Below, one piece after another: positions 1 to 12,859 of a stretch of 64,000 bases of DNA (position 1 is the stretch's first letter; every line of letters starts with the position of its first letter). The notes below the pieces were generated by a model that saw only the letters and a list, made by a program, of their open reading frames with translations, was not told the origin of the DNA and ran no database searches. Origin of the DNA: Squalus acanthias. Taxonomy: Eukaryota. A program made the translations under genes and the position numbers. The stretch spans positions 118,484,001 to 118,548,000 of the forward strand of contig CM059431.1 of assembly GCA_030390025.1 (NCBI GenBank), read 5' to 3'.

Positions 1-277
1 AATGCCTTCTGAAAATCTAAATGCACCACATCCACTGGTTCCCCCTTATCTAGTCTGCTAGTTACAACCTCAAAAAATTCTAACAGATTTGTCAAACACG
101 ATTTCCCTTTCATAAATCCGTGTTGACTCTGCCCAATCCTATTATTATTTTCTAAGTGTCCTGTTACCACGTCCTTAATAATAGATTCGAGCATTTTCCC
201 TATTACTGATGTCAGGCTAACTGGTCTGTAGTTCCCCATTTTCTCTCTCCCTCCTTTCTTAAATAGTGGGGTTACAT
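1..277 (-). mobile_element. CR1 LINE fragment (RT region), runs off window start
   Basis: Reverse strand encodes NYRPVSLTSV..GK, QHGFMKGKSCLTNLLEFFE, VDVVHLDFQKA; same motifs as the CR1 ORF at 44354. Confidence 0.9.
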
Positions 278-389
278 GCTGTTTGTTGTTATTGCACCTG
301 TGAACTACCTTTTAATGGCTAAGTACCTGGATTCCTAAATTCGTTTTTCATCCAGCCTCCTAGTACTTCCCCATTTAGACTGTATTCTT

Positions 390-1080
390 ATCTGACATTC
401 TTATGTTCAGAATGTATTATCTCACACTTTGTTGCATTAGGCTGCTTCTGCCATTGTTCTCCCCACTGCAATTTTCCACTTGCTTCTACACAATTTACCA
501 TACTTCCCAGCTTAATATCATCTTCAAATTTGTATATATTCCGCTCTCTTCCCAGCAAGAACTGGCATCCCAGCACTGATCCCTGGAGAACACCAATGTA
601 AGAATGCTCCTGTTATCCCAACTCACTGCCTGCTCCCTCCCAACCAAAATCTCCTATCCTTGCCATGAGGCAGCCTTCAATTCTATGTGATTAATTTCTG
701 TTACTAATTTCTTCTACAAAACTTTTTATTACCATTTGAAGATCCATCTACATGAAATTAATTGATGCTTTTTGGTTTACCCCTTCCTCCGCTTCTGAAT
801 AAATATGTAATCCTTATTGCTTTCCAATAATCCATCATTATCCCCAAATCCAGCAAATTTTGAAAGATTTTAGCTAACACACCCCAATTTCCTCACCTAT
901 TTCTTTTAATTACATCTGGGCCTGGAAATTGGTTTGGCTTCAATACAATTAGTTTAGCAATTACAATGTTCTTCTGCTTATACTAATTCATGTAAATGTA
1001 TCTTTGTCAATAATCCCTAATCTTTCCTGTACCTCGGGTATCATATTCTTCTTTTCCACTGTGAAGACCAAAGCAAAGAA
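390..1080 (-). mobile_element. Old, highly degraded CR1-group LINE fragment
   Basis: ORF 388-576 has KFEDDIKLG and KCEIIH, matching CR1 KFADDTKLG and KCEVIH; degenerate flanks. Confidence 0.55.
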
Positions 1081-1340
1081 TTAAGCTAAGAGCTTCACTA
1101 TGATCACACCCAAATCACCGCTAGCCACTGTTTTAATGAGCTGACCCATGGACAAGCCCATTATACAATTCTAACACTGGAATATTGAGCCTCAATCAGT
1201 GTTGATGATCTGCGTTCTCAAAGAGCTCCATTAAGAGAAGCAAAAGTGTCAGAAAAGTGAAAGAAGTTATAGAGAGAGAAAACAGCCAGAATGAGAGCAA
1301 CAGTACAAAGGGGAGCAGGTTGTTTTTATTTGCATAGGTA

Positions 1341-1485
1341 TAGAAACATAGAAACATAGAAGATAGGAGCAGGAGTAGGCCATTCGGCCCCTTGAGCCTG
1401 CTCCGCCATTCGATGAGATCATGGCTGATCATCCAAACTCAGTACCCTATCCCTGCCTTCTCCCCATATCCCTTGATACCTTTAA
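1341..1485 (-). mobile_element. CR1 3' end with octamer tail
   Basis: tagaaacatagaaacatagaagataggagcaggagtaggccattcggcccc is the reverse complement of the CR1 3'UTR seen at 30530-30629 and 46076-46173. Confidence 0.9.
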
Positions 1486-2214
1486 TAGAAACATAGAAGA
1501 TAATCTAAGAGTTATATTTGCAGCAGCGAATATTACAGCATGAACAGTAAACCATTGCTGGAATCACCATACTGTATAATATACATTTTGTCCCACTCCA
1601 TAAAATAAAATCTTTCTGTTCTATGTATAGCCGCACGTGGAATATTGAAAATTTTATGGTACAAATCAGAAAACCATTTGAAAGGTATTTCTGAGTGGAT
1701 TTTATTCAGAAGTATCAGCCAATGTCAGCACTGACTGAAGTAGTAGCGTTCAGGGCTTGATTTTAACAGCCCTGAGGAGGCGGGTTTGGAGGCGTCTCAG
1801 CTGCTAAAATCGGAAAAAATGGCTTCAGAGAAACAACCCGCCTCCATCCCGCCCCCACACGATTTTCGTGAGTGTCTGTTCAGCTGCTCCCAAACTGACC
1901 CGACCCCAACTGGTGGGACAGGTAGTTAGGGCAGTTAAGAGCCTATTAACTGTCTTGATAATTCTATTTTAACAGAGGTTTCTCATTTTCGTGCCTCTGG
2001 CTCCTGTTTCCCGTCGTGTCAAAAAACAGTCCTGCTGCAAGGAGTCGAGTTGGTGGAGAACATGATCTGTAGTCATTATTGGTGCAGAACTTTAAAAGCG
2101 CTCCTGTGACATGGCTGGCATTCAACTGCAACAACTTTGTTGTTGGAGGTTTGGGATAAGATTTTGCAAATCTACTGACCTTGTGACTGGTCCAGTTTGT
2201 GAAGGAATAAGCCA

Positions 2215-3280
2215 TATAAACTTTTTAGAAAATACACTATCTTATGAAAGGATTCTGGCCTTGTTGAGGTAAGACAGTTGTTGACTCTGAATAAATAACC
2301 TTATTAAAACAGAAGAATGGGTCGCTCCAAATGGGTGGCCTTGTTGGAACAGAACAATGGTCAACCCTGGATAAATGATCTTGATTATTCCTCTTAAAGA
2401 TGACACATGAGATAAGGGACATTTGCCCTTCACACCTTCTGTATGGTGAACCCAGAACACCTGGAGATGCAGCAAATTCTAGAATATTACAAGCTGATGT
2501 GGCAGTAAGAATTGCAGAAGTCAGCAGAAAGATGAATAGTGATAATTAACTTGGATCAGCAGAAACCTTAAGAAATACAACTGAAAAAGGGTATAAATAT
2601 TGAAGTCTCAAATGAGATAGCAGAATCGTTTTAATCGGGCAAGGCGATTCGCGACTACAGAGGCCGCTCTGTAGTCTTTCACTCTTTGTACCTCGGAGAT
2701 TGAAGCTAATTTGATATTGATGTATATCCTGTATAGAAAATTTTAAGAACTGTAATACCGTAGCAAAGTTAAGATTTAAAAGTAAGATTCTCTGTTAAAA
2801 ATAAGACAGTATTTTTTCTCTTTTTAGAACTGTTAACGTTGCGATTGACTGATTCACCAACTGTAAATTTCATGTCGGTTCTTTTAATAAATCTCTATAT
2901 ATTTTTAGAATTGTCTCATATAAGTCTTCTGTATCAATAACTCGTGAACCCAATCTCTGTACACTCTTTGGTGGAGAGGTACATTTCTGAGGAGAGATCT
3001 CCGGACCCTCATAATATCTGAGATGTTACAGTCCAGCTAAACTTATTAAAAGTGCTATCTGGAGGACGGTAACATTCTTGGGTTGCTCCTTTCCTTTAGG
3101 GAGAGATAGCCCGGACCTTTAGACCCATTTAAACGTCTTTAGGATTCAGCTACCTCAAACTTTAGTTGAAAGTGAACATCTGAGAAATACGCCTGATCCG
3201 GGATAGCCCCAAAGGGGATAGGACAAGTAAATATCCTTTCAAGCTGACACACATCTGCTGTTTGAACTGATTGGAATAAT
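2215..3280 (+). mobile_element. Possible LTR plus leader fragment nested in the Harbinger element
   Basis: TATAAA near 2593, AATAAA near 2886, TGTACA ending 2963, then TGGTGGAGA (2969-2977, short tRNA-Ala-like PBS); no TSD or second LTR seen. Confidence 0.3.
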
Positions 3281-3289
3281 TTCAGGCCA

Positions 3290-3583
3290 CTTTGAGTGTG
3301 CGCTTGCAAGCTTCTTGCCTCAATTGAAATCTATAACAATGGGATAGGAACCATTTACATCCTCTCATCCTGGTCATCAGATACGGAGGAAGAGCAGCGC
3401 GGCTTTGTGTTGCCGGATGAACAAGTGGCTCAGCACACAGCCTCCTTGGAGGAAGCTGAAGAGGACGAGGAAGAGGACGGGGAGTGACGACTTGCGGGGC
3501 CGGATGTGGCCAATCTAGCAGCAGGCGACCACATTGCTGGCCGTCAGGCAAGGGATGCACTCATCCATGCCAGATTTGCGTAA
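3290..3583 (+). pseudogene. Harbinger transposase C-terminal remnant
   Basis: Acidic tract EEAEEDEEED followed by ARDALIHARFA*, homologous to [14 protein letters not shown] at 61808. Confidence 0.75.
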
Positions 3584-3769
3584 TCTTATGCTTCAACCAC
3601 AGGTGGCTGGCACATGGAGATGAATATAAGTCCGACATTCTCAAAACCCCAGGCATCATCTGTCCAATAAATGGTGGTTTGCACTCAGTGTCACCACCAA
3701 CATTCTACATGGAAATCACCCTGAGCCCTCACTCTTGAACTTCCATTTCCCAGAACACAGAGGCCACAC

Positions 3770-4000
3770 TTTAGGTGATCTCAGCAGATCATTAAACCTT
3801 TTTCCACACTGAACCCATGCGCGCCTGCACACAGACCTCGAGCTCACCTCCTCAGCAATTTGCAGCCAAGCTGCCTTGGTTTGCTGAGGAGGCCTCCTCC
3901 TTCCGTTTCCAGGGAAGAGGAGCTCCTGATGTCCTCTAACTCCCTCAACAAGAGCACGGAGAGAGCACTCATTGAACCTGGGTGCAGCCTTAGTTATTGG
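3770..4000 (-). pseudogene. Harbinger Myb/SANT-like DNA-binding protein, exon 1 remnant
   Basis: APRFNECSLRALVEGV..TKAAWLQIAEEV..WVQCGKRFNDL, a Myb_DNA-bind_5/NAIF1-type pattern; paralogous to 59645-59884. Confidence 0.85.
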
Positions 4001-4744
4001 GGCTGCTGTTCCTGCAGCAACCAGCACCTTGAAGAGAAAAAAGCATTAATATCACTAAACCAATGATTGGAACAAATCTGGCATCTTTTTCATTTCATAG
4101 TCAGATAATAAATTGATATATAAAAAAATCGTACATATCTTTCTGGAATAATATGACCAGCAATTTCATTCATTAAATTTTGTTCAGAACAGACGCTTTC
4201 TATATAATATAACACCAATCCATCCCATTGACAGTTTTCCCAAAGGGGACATGGCCCCTTTAAATTTTCATCCCAACAACCCGTCATTAGACGCGAGAAA
4301 CTGACAGCCTCCAAGTAATTGCCTGGAGGGACCCGCACGTCGGCCGTAACGAGGCCAATCAAACCAAAACTGGAAGTGCTGGGAGGCGGCAGCCAGGAGC
4401 GGGTCGGAAAGCCTCCGAGCAGCGGACCCGCACTTAACCCGCCTCCATTAGTAAAATCGGGGCCTAAGTGTTTGAATCTCAGACTAACATGCAGAGGTCT
4501 TTTTATGGACTACATGTCAATTTTTTTAAGTGTTCTTCAATTGTGCAGTAATATTTCAAGGGTGTCCTTGACAGCTTTGAAACAATGTAGTATCAGGATA
4601 GTAACTTTCAACTTTGTTTTGAACATGACAGACAAAGAACTCTGAAAAGAGGCGACGAGCAATTCACCTGCACATTGGACTATTCCCACTCCAGTATACA
4701 AAAATAATCCTTTTTTCAGTTTCCTAGTAGATCTCCTTTTCAGA

Positions 4745-5759
4745 CTGGAGGAAGGTATACAGTGGTGTTTCCCAGGGGTCGGTACTAGTATCATTGCTTT
4801 TCTTGATATAGATTAATGACTTGGACTTGGGTGTACAGGGCACAATTTCAAAATTTGCAGATGACACAAAACTTGGAAGTATGGTGAACAGTGAGGAGGA
4901 TAGTGATAGACTTCAAGAACACATAGACAGACTGGTGAAATGAGCAGACACGTGGCAGATGAAATAAAGTGCGAAGTGATACATTTTGGTAGGAAGGAGA
5001 GGCAATATAAACAAAAGGGTACAATCCTAAAGGGGGTGCATGAACAGATAGACGGGGGGCTTTATGTGCACAAATCGTTGAAGGTGGCAGGGCAGGTTGA
5101 GAAAGCGGTTAAAAAAGCATACGGGATCCTGGGCTTCATAAATAGAAGCATAAAGTACAAAAGCAAGGAAGTTATGATGAACCTTCATAAAACACTGGTT
5201 CGGCCTCAACTGGAGTATTGTGTCCAATTCTGGGCACTGCACTTTAGGAAGGATGTGAAGGCCTTAGAGAGGATGCAGAAAAGGTTTACGAGAATGATTC
5301 TAGGGATGAAGGACTTCAGTTACGTGGACAGACTAGAGAAGCTGGGGTTGTTCTCCTTCGAGAAGAGAAGGTTGAGAGGAGATTTGATAGAGGTGTTCAA
5401 AATCATGAGGGGTCTAGACAGAGTAGATAGAGAGAAACTGTTCCCATTGGCAGAAGGGTCGAGAACCAGAGGGCACACATTTAAGGTGATTGGCTAAAGA
5501 ACCAAAGGCGACATGAGGAAAAACTTTTTATGCAGCAAGTGGTTAGGATCTGGAATGCACTGCCTGAAAGGATGGTGGAGGCAGACTCATTTGTGGCTTT
5601 CAAAAGGGAATTGGATAAGTACCTGAAGGAAAAAAAATTGCAGGGCTACGGGGAAAGGGCAGGGGAGTGAGTCTAGCTGAAGTCGTCTTGCAGAGAGCCG
5701 GCACGGGCCGAATGGCCTCCTTCTGTGCTGTAACCATTCTATGATTCTATGATTCTATG
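4745..5759 (+). mobile_element. CR1 LINE, 5'-truncated
   Basis: [32 protein letters not shown]; (ATTCTATG)n tail. Confidence 0.95.
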
Positions 5760-5829
5760 GGTAGTCTGGGACTTGGAACATAGTTTTTGATGTATAGCGC
5801 AATTACAAAGCAACCTAAATATGACAACA

Positions 5830-5960
5830 CAAAAGCAAAATGCGGATGCTGGAAATCTGAAATAAAAACAGAAAATGCTGGAAATACTTAGCAGGTCAGG
5901 CAGCATCTGTGGAGAGAGAAACAGAGTTAGTGTTTCAGATCAATGACCTTTCGTCTGAAT
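5830..5960 (-). mobile_element. Penelope-like pseudo-LTR fragment with degenerate hammerhead core
   Basis: gcggatgctggaaatctg..aaatgctggaaata..cagcagg resembles 55947-56008; minus strand reads CAGACGA-AAGGTC-ATT-GATCT-GAAAC. Confidence 0.65.
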
Positions 5961-6362
5961 ATGATAACAGTTTGCCCATTGCAGTAGCATAGCAAATTTA
6001 CTGAAGCAATATATCAAAACTGACAGGAGGCAAAAATATTACTGACAATTAAAGATACAGGACTTAACATAGGAACATAGGAACACAGGAACAGGAGTAG
6101 GCCACTCAGCCCCTCGAGCTTGTTCCGCTATTCAATAAGATCACGGCTGATCTGCGATCTAACTCCATATACTCGCCTTTGGCCCATATCCCTTAATTTC
6201 TTTGGTTAACAAAAAAGCTATCCATCTCCGTGTTAAAATTAACAATTGATCTAGCATCAATTGCCGTTTGCGGAAGAGAGTTCCAAATGTCTACCACCCT
6301 TTGTGTGTAGAAATGTTTCCTAATTTCATTCCTGAACGGTCTGGCTCTAACTTTTAGACTAT

Positions 6363-7128
6363 GGGCTAGAAATTCCGTAGCGCCTGTTTGGGGCGATATC
6401 TTTTGAAATCTCGGAAAAGTATCGCCAGGCGATAGTCGTTTTCTGGTCCTGGGAAATTGAGCTTTAGCGCTCCAAGAGTGAAGTGGAGCACTAAATCAAG
6501 CGCTAACCACTTCGCTTAGGGCGCTAAAGTGCGAGAGCGGGTCGATAGCGGCAGAGCACTGAACAATGTGGAGAGAAAAGATACCAGCATCGGAGGCTGC
6601 TTCCCTTGCTTAAAGGGAAGAGCCAATGATGGTGCACAACATACTTCTGCTCAGTTTCGTGTTGCCAGGCGACCTGCGTGACTGCCATTACAGCCCCAAA
6701 CACTCTCAGAGAGTGAGGTCTTGGACATCTCGCAGCAATAAAGCATTGAAAACTTTCAGCAGGCACCAGACTGGTGCAAAGAATAAAGTTTGGCCTACGT
6801 GAAAACCACTGCCTTTAATTAGCGCGCCCCAAGCGGCCAGCTGAGGTGACAACGCCTCCTCTTCCTGCCGTTGCTGATGCCCAGTGATACAGCAGGGGGC
6901 GGGAGGCAATTTCTCATCTGGGGCGGTAACGGGGCGCTGCGCACTTTATGACGTCACGATCTGCGAGGTGCTATAGGGCGAGGCGGTAAGTGTTAGCGCC
7001 AGCGCTAAACCGGTAGGAAAGTTCATGGGCGTTGCTGAATTAGCCGCGCCCGGTCGCTAACCCCTTAGCACCCCGTTACCGACCCACCGGTGCTAACGGG
7101 AGGCGCAAAGCAGCTGAATTTCTCTCCC
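6363..7128. mobile_element. Harbinger-type MITE
   Basis: TIRs GGGCTAGAAATTC and GAATTTCTCTCCC; TSD TAT (6360-6362, 7129-7131); removal restores CR1 ttttagactatgcccc. Confidence 0.9.
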
Positions 7129-8199
7129 TATGCCCCCTAGTCCTAGACTCCCCAACCAGCAGAAATAGTTTCTCTATATCTACCCTATCTGTTCCCCTTA
7201 ATATCCTGAAAACTTTGATCAGATCACCCCTGAACCTTCTAAATTCTAGGGAATCCAACCCTAATTTGGTCATCTCTGCTCGTAACTTAACCCTTGAAGT
7301 CCGGGTATCATTCTGGTAAACCTACGCTGCACTCCCTCCAAGGCCAATATATCCTTCCTAAGGTGTGATGCCCAGAACTGCTCACAGTACTCCAGGTGTG
7401 GTCTAACCAGGGTTTTGTACAGCTGCAGCATAACTTCTGCCCCCTTGTACTCGAGTCCTCTAGATATAAAGGCCAGCATTCCATTAGCCTTTTTGATTAT
7501 TTTCTGTAACTGTTCATGATAATTTAATGATCTATGTTCCTGAACCCCAAAGTCTCTTTGGACCTGCACTGTTTTTAGCTTTTTACCATTTAGAAAGTAC
7601 CCTGTTCTATCCTTTTTAGGTCCAAAGTGGATGGCCTTGCATTTGCTTACATTGAAATCCATTTGTCACAGTTTTGCCCATTCACTTAATCTATCAATAT
7701 CCCTTTGTCATTTTATGCTTTCATCTACACTGCCTGCAATGCTGCTTATCTTTGTGTCATCGTCAAATTTGGATATATGACTTTCTATGCCATCATCTAA
7801 GTCGTTAATAAATATTGTGAATAGCTGAGGCCCCAACACAGATCCCTGCAGGACATCACTAGTCACATCCTGCCAATTAGAGTAACTGCCCATTATCCCT
7901 ACTCTCTGTCTCCTGCTGCTCAGCCAATTTCCTAACCAGGTCAATAATTTGCCCTGAACTCCACTGGCTTCTACCTTAGATAACAGTCTCTTATGTGAGA
8001 CTTTATTAAATGCCTTCTGGAAGTCCATATAAATAACATCCATAGTCAGTCCCCTGTCCACGACTTTAGTCACCACCTCAAAAAATTCAATCAGGATGGT
8101 CAGGCATGACCTACCTTTTACAAATCCATGCTGGCTCTCTCTGATCAACTGAAAATTTTCGAGGCGTTCAATCACCCTATCCTTAATTATAGACTCGAG

Positions 8200-9908
8200 G
8201 GCCGCGATTTCGCCTTCCGAGGGCAGCCAGGGTCGGTGGCAGAGTGCAACCCCGCTGCTGGCTCCATCCCTCTCTGTGAAAAGACTTTTACGCTGATTGG
8301 GCTTGTTAAGCCCGCCCAGCGCATTTCCCAGCCAATTGAAGGAATCGGGTCTGATGACGTCACTTGATGACGCGTCATCAGCCAGTTTCCTTAAAGGGAC
8401 CACGCACAAATTGTTTTTGAAAGTTGTGCTGTCAGTGTTCTGCAGCATTGAAGTGCTGCAAACAGTGACAATCACTGCACAGTGGTTCACGGCTGCACCC
8501 AGGCTCTCCCATGACTCCCTCCATATGCTTATGGAGGGAGCCACAGCATGCAGGGAGGTTCTCTTCCCTTCCCATGGACAGAAGAGACCTCCCCAGGAGA
8601 CCAACGCAGCCTGGTTGCACATTGCACAGGAGGACACAAGCAGGGATGTCGTCAGGAGGACCAGGCTGCAGTGGCACAAACCTTTCAATGATCTCAGTAG
8701 ATCACAAAACATTACTGCAAAGCCACACTCAACCTCATCCTGCTGTGCCACTCATCATATCCCCGCCACTCATCATATCCCCTCACTCTGCCTTCCCTAC
8801 CCTATTCCTGCACATCCTTACTCACACCAAATTACCTTACACCTCCACCCATCCCTCTTTCTCTACATTATCACATCCCCATCTCGCTAGCCACCCCTCA
8901 CACTCACCCTAGTCCAATCATACCAACTAACAACACACAAGGGTAGGCACTTGGTGTTTTAGCCAATGTTCATGTGAAGTTTCTGTTAATGTACTGTCAA
9001 ACATTGAAATCTTTATTTTCAACACTTTGCGTTCAGATTTGTGTGCAGCTTTGGAAGTGTCTTAATGAGTTGCAGTGAATGGTTAAACATAACGGTACCC
9101 CCCCACCCGCAATGGTGATGAGTGTGAAAGGAATGGCTTGGGCATAGTAGGGATGCTTTATGGTATTGTTGTGGGGTAGTGCCAACCTTGCGCATCATGT
9201 GGCAGTCAAGGTTTACAGCGTCAAGTGAAGTAAATCTGGCCATGTTGAGGCCAGGCCTGGCATTCCGGGCAGCAATGTGGTCGGGTGCTGATACCCTCTG
9301 TCCTGTGCAGCACCAGCTGATTGCGGAGAAGGTTGGTGTTGTTGGTGCTGCTGATGTGCTTGGTGCTGCTGGTGTTGGGGCTGATTGTGGTGAGATTCTG
9401 AGGACTAAGGTGAAATTTTTTCAAGGGCACCGATGCTGATGGATTAGATGGCAGGTGAGGTTGAGATGATAGAAGTGATCTGTCAATGGTGTGAGAGGTT
9501 ACTCCAATGAGGTGACACTGGATAGAGTGTTTGCTCCAAGCACTTGCAAGCAGCATAAAGCTCAATCTGTCTTCCAAATGCAGTAAACAACAGCTTCTAA
9601 CCTCGCAAAGTGAAGACCTATGAAATGGGAGCTTTTACAGATCATTTGCCGCTGTCAAGTAAAGAAATCATCCCATGCTGACACAATACCCGACCTCCTT
9701 ACCTGACGTCATCCCCGAGCAGCGGGAAAGCCGTTGGCAAACTCTAAAAATCTAAAGATAAGCATAAAATACTAGTTAATTGCCTCTTAACAATCCTTTT
9801 AATGATGTAAATTGCCTTTCCCGCCGGTTGGTGTTGGGTCTATTCAGCAATGACAGACCCGACATATGGGAGACTAGCATGGAGGCGGGTTGACAGCAGG
9901 GTTCCCCC
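8200..9908. mobile_element. Harbinger internal-deletion derivative (Myb exon 1 on +, transposase 5' part on -)
   Basis: Left end GGCCGCGATTTCGCC resembles 59364; [22 protein letters not shown] at about 8490-8705; 9170-9800 resembles 62780-63430; right TIR missing; CR1 resumes at 9909. Confidence 0.85.
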
Positions 9909-11570
9909 TAGCAATTTCCCCACAACAGATGTTAGGCTAACTTGTCTATAATTCCCTCGTTTCCCTCTCTCACCATTCTTAAAAAGTGGAGTGACATGTG
10001 CAATTTTCCAATCTAAAGGGACGGTCCCTGAATCTAGAAAGCTTTGGAAGATTATAGTTAGGGCATCTGCAATGTGCTCACCTACTTCCTTTAAAACCCT
10101 GGGATGGAAACCATCTGGCCCTGGTGATTTGTCACTCTTTAATGCCATTATTTTCTATATTACTGTTACTTTACCTACGTTAATTTTATTGGGTCCCTGT
10201 TCCCGATTTAATATTAGTTTCTTTGGGATTTCCGGCATGCTATCCTCTTCTTCTACTGTAAATACTGACTCAAAGTAATTAGTCAACATGTCTGCCATTT
10301 CCCCATTATCATTGACAATATCACCACTTTCAGTTTTTAAGGGACCAACATTGTTCCTGACCACCCTCTTTTTCCAAATGTAACTTTAAAAATTATTTGT
10401 ATTGATTTTGATACCCTTTAAAGTTTCTTTTTATACTCCCTTTTTGTAGCTCTTACTATTTGTTTTGTGATCCTTTGCTGTTCTTTGTATCACATACCTT
10501 ACTGACAATTAAAGATACAGGGCTTAAAGTTATAACATTTTTAGTGATAATTATCTACCACTTTGCAATTTTTTTCACCCTGTTACTTCCCATGATGATT
10601 CGTAGTTCTTGCTGAAGCGGTCATTGGCGTGGCATTGCACCAAGGAGATTTTCCCACTGTCGAGTCTCCAGTAATCAGCAGCCTGAATAGGTTGGCTGCA
10701 GTGTCAGTCAGCTCGGATCGAGGTGGCTTGTAAGCATTTCCCTCTGACTCCAGCAGAAACCACCATCCCCTTCAATGACACACAAAAACCCCACATTTCA
10801 AGCAACACCTTTAGCTCAGCAATTTAATATGTACAAAATGTTGAAAATATTAAATCCTTTTTATTTTTTTCCCTCCATAAGCTCATGCAGTTATTTGTAA
10901 ACATACCGCTTGGTTGTTACAAGCTATGTGTTGTTACAGTGCACTCTGGGAATTGTAGTTCTAGTGGACAGAGGCGAAAACAAAAATTCCTAGGATGCAT
11001 CTGTCTCACGCACAGGATTTTTCAACAGAAGCTACAACCCACTATCTCAGCTGAGGAATCTAAATGCTGGGAATTGAGCAAATCTCTTGTCCTATACCCC
11101 TGAGAGGAGGCAAGTCTCTTGGGTGGAAATTTCTTGAATGCATTTCCAATTTACAATGGCTATCTTTATGTACAAGTCTTCTGGGGCTAAAGACCTTCCT
11201 CTCGAACTTCTATAATTTTAATACAAGATTTTTTTTTTTGCTCATCAAGGTGAGGTTGTTAATGCTGGAAAATAGAATTCTTCCCAATTTCAGGCACCTG
11301 TGGTGTCAGCATCAAACATTCCTCGGCCTGGTATAACACAGCCAGACACAAAGTAAAGCTCATTTACTCTGCCTGAAAGGAGCCAATGGCAAATAATAAA
11401 TTAATGGCTGTAGTGACTTTTACTGCAGCAGGTAGTAGCATGCTTCCCCTAGACGTAGCTTGCAGGTCATCTTACTGTATGCAAAACAAGTCAGTCACTG
11501 CCTCTCTGGTGAAGATTAGCTTCTGCATATATTTCTTTTCTGTTAACCATTTGCCTTGGCCTGTATATTC

Positions 11571-12021
11571 AGGAAAGAAAGGGAGAAAGAAAGAAAGAGA
11601 GAAAGAAAGAAAGAAAGAGAGAAAGAAAGAAAGAAAGAAAGAAAGAGAGAAAGAAAGAAAGAGAGGAAGAAAGAAAGAGGAAAGAGAGGAAGAAAGAAAG
11701 AGAGAAAGAAAGAAAGAGAGGAAGAAAGAAAGAGAGGAAGAAAGAAGAAAGAGAGGAAGAAAGAAGAAAGAGAGGAAGAAAGAAAGAGAGGAAAGAGAGG
11801 AAAGAGAAGAAAGAAAGAGAGAAAGAAAGTGAGAAAGAAAGAAAGAGAGGAAGAAAGAAAGAGAGGAAGAAAGAAAGAGAGGAAGAAAGAGAGAAAGAAA
11901 GAAAGAGGAAGAAAGAGGAAAGAGAGGAAGAGAGGAAGAAAGAAAGAGAGAAAGAAAGAGAGAAAGAAAGAGAGGAAGAAAGAAAGAGAGGAAGAAAGAG
12001 AGGAAGAAAGAGAGGAAGAAA
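11571..12021. repeat. Polypurine GA-rich microsatellite (GAAA/GAGAAA/GAGGAA units)
   Basis: About 450 bp of almost pure A/G, directly continuous with the tail of the adjacent SINE. Confidence 0.98.
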
Positions 12022-12315
12022 GACTTGCATTGATATGGAGCCTTTCATGTCCTCAGGACGTCCCAAAGTGCTTCACAGCCAATTAAGTACTTTTGATGTG
12101 TTGTCACTGTTGTAATGTAGGAAACACGGCAGCCAATTGTGCACAGCAAGCTCCCACAAGCAGCAAAATAATGATGACCAGATAATCTGGTTTTTTTTTG
12201 TGATATTGATTGAAGATAAATATTGGCCAGGACACTGGGGATAACTCCTCTGCTTTTCTTTGAAAAAGTACCATGGTATCTTTTACATCCACCTGAGAGA
12301 GCAGACGAGGTCTTT
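12017..12315 (-). mobile_element. DeuSINE (SacSINE1-like), 5'-truncated
   Basis: Minus strand ctctcaggtggatgtaaaagataccatgg..ccagtgtcctggccaatatttatc is a Deu-domain core; similar to 31996-32417. Confidence 0.85.
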
Positions 12316-12859
12316 GGGTACATACAGTCTTCTTCTGATGTCCTGTATTTAGACAAGCATCACTTTATTCCTCATTTTTCTCTAATTATGTAAAGCAAAG
12401 TGCAAAGGACTAGGAAGCTTGCAAAAATGGCCAGCCCAAAATCCCTCCTACAAACAGGGTTTCTGCTTATCTATCAAAGAAGTTACTACTTTGAGAAGGA
12501 AATGTCCATATTGACTTCTCACAATTGGCTCTTGACTAATCTAGCTAGTTCTTATTGCTCTTTTAAATTGGGCATTAGTTAGTAGGGAGTCTTGAAGATT
12601 TCCCCCTTCCTTACAATCCATTCCTTTGAGGGGGAGGAGCAACCTCTGACCCCTTACTCAAATTCAATTCACTGTTCCGGTGTTCCAATTCTGCTCCGCC
12701 TGGGGTATCCTCTGTTTCTTCTATCTTTCCTGATGTTACCCTGCCTGGGGTCTCCTCTACATTGCTTCGGATCTTCTCTTTCGGTGTGCTCAATTAATTT
12801 GTTAGTGCTGGTTAGTCATAGGCATGAGTATACAATTGGCTTATGTATCAAAGTCTTAC

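Larger units (their letters stand above)
1753..4464. mobile_element. PIF/Harbinger deletion derivative
   Basis: Imperfect TIRs GGGCTTGATTTT (1753) and AAAATCGGGGCC (4453-4464); flanks TCA/TAA; contains convergent transposase and Myb remnants. Confidence 0.75.
6068..10498 (-). mobile_element. CR1 LINE, 5'-truncated, interrupted by two Harbinger insertions
   Basis: ORF2 pieces 10155-10364, 9840-10148, about 7708-8195, 7270-7662 and 7076-7273 are colinear; (GTTCCTAT)n tail at 6068; 29-bp direct repeats at 6039-6067 and 10499-10527. Confidence 0.95.

Noticed and set aside
5925..5958. Functional hammerhead ribozyme
   Set aside because: The core reads CAGACGA instead of CUGANGA and the cleavage-site region is altered.
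7708..8751. 347-aa ORF with RT motifs
   Set aside because: Chance fusion of antisense Harbinger sequence with the CR1 RT across the insertion junction at about 8199.
11386..12086. K/E/R-rich and F/L/S-rich ORFs of 148-176 aa
   Set aside because: They are translations of the GA microsatellite.
12316..12319. GGGT as TSD partner of 15375-15378
   Set aside because: It is not followed by a TG terminus, and a 4-mer match is expected by chance.
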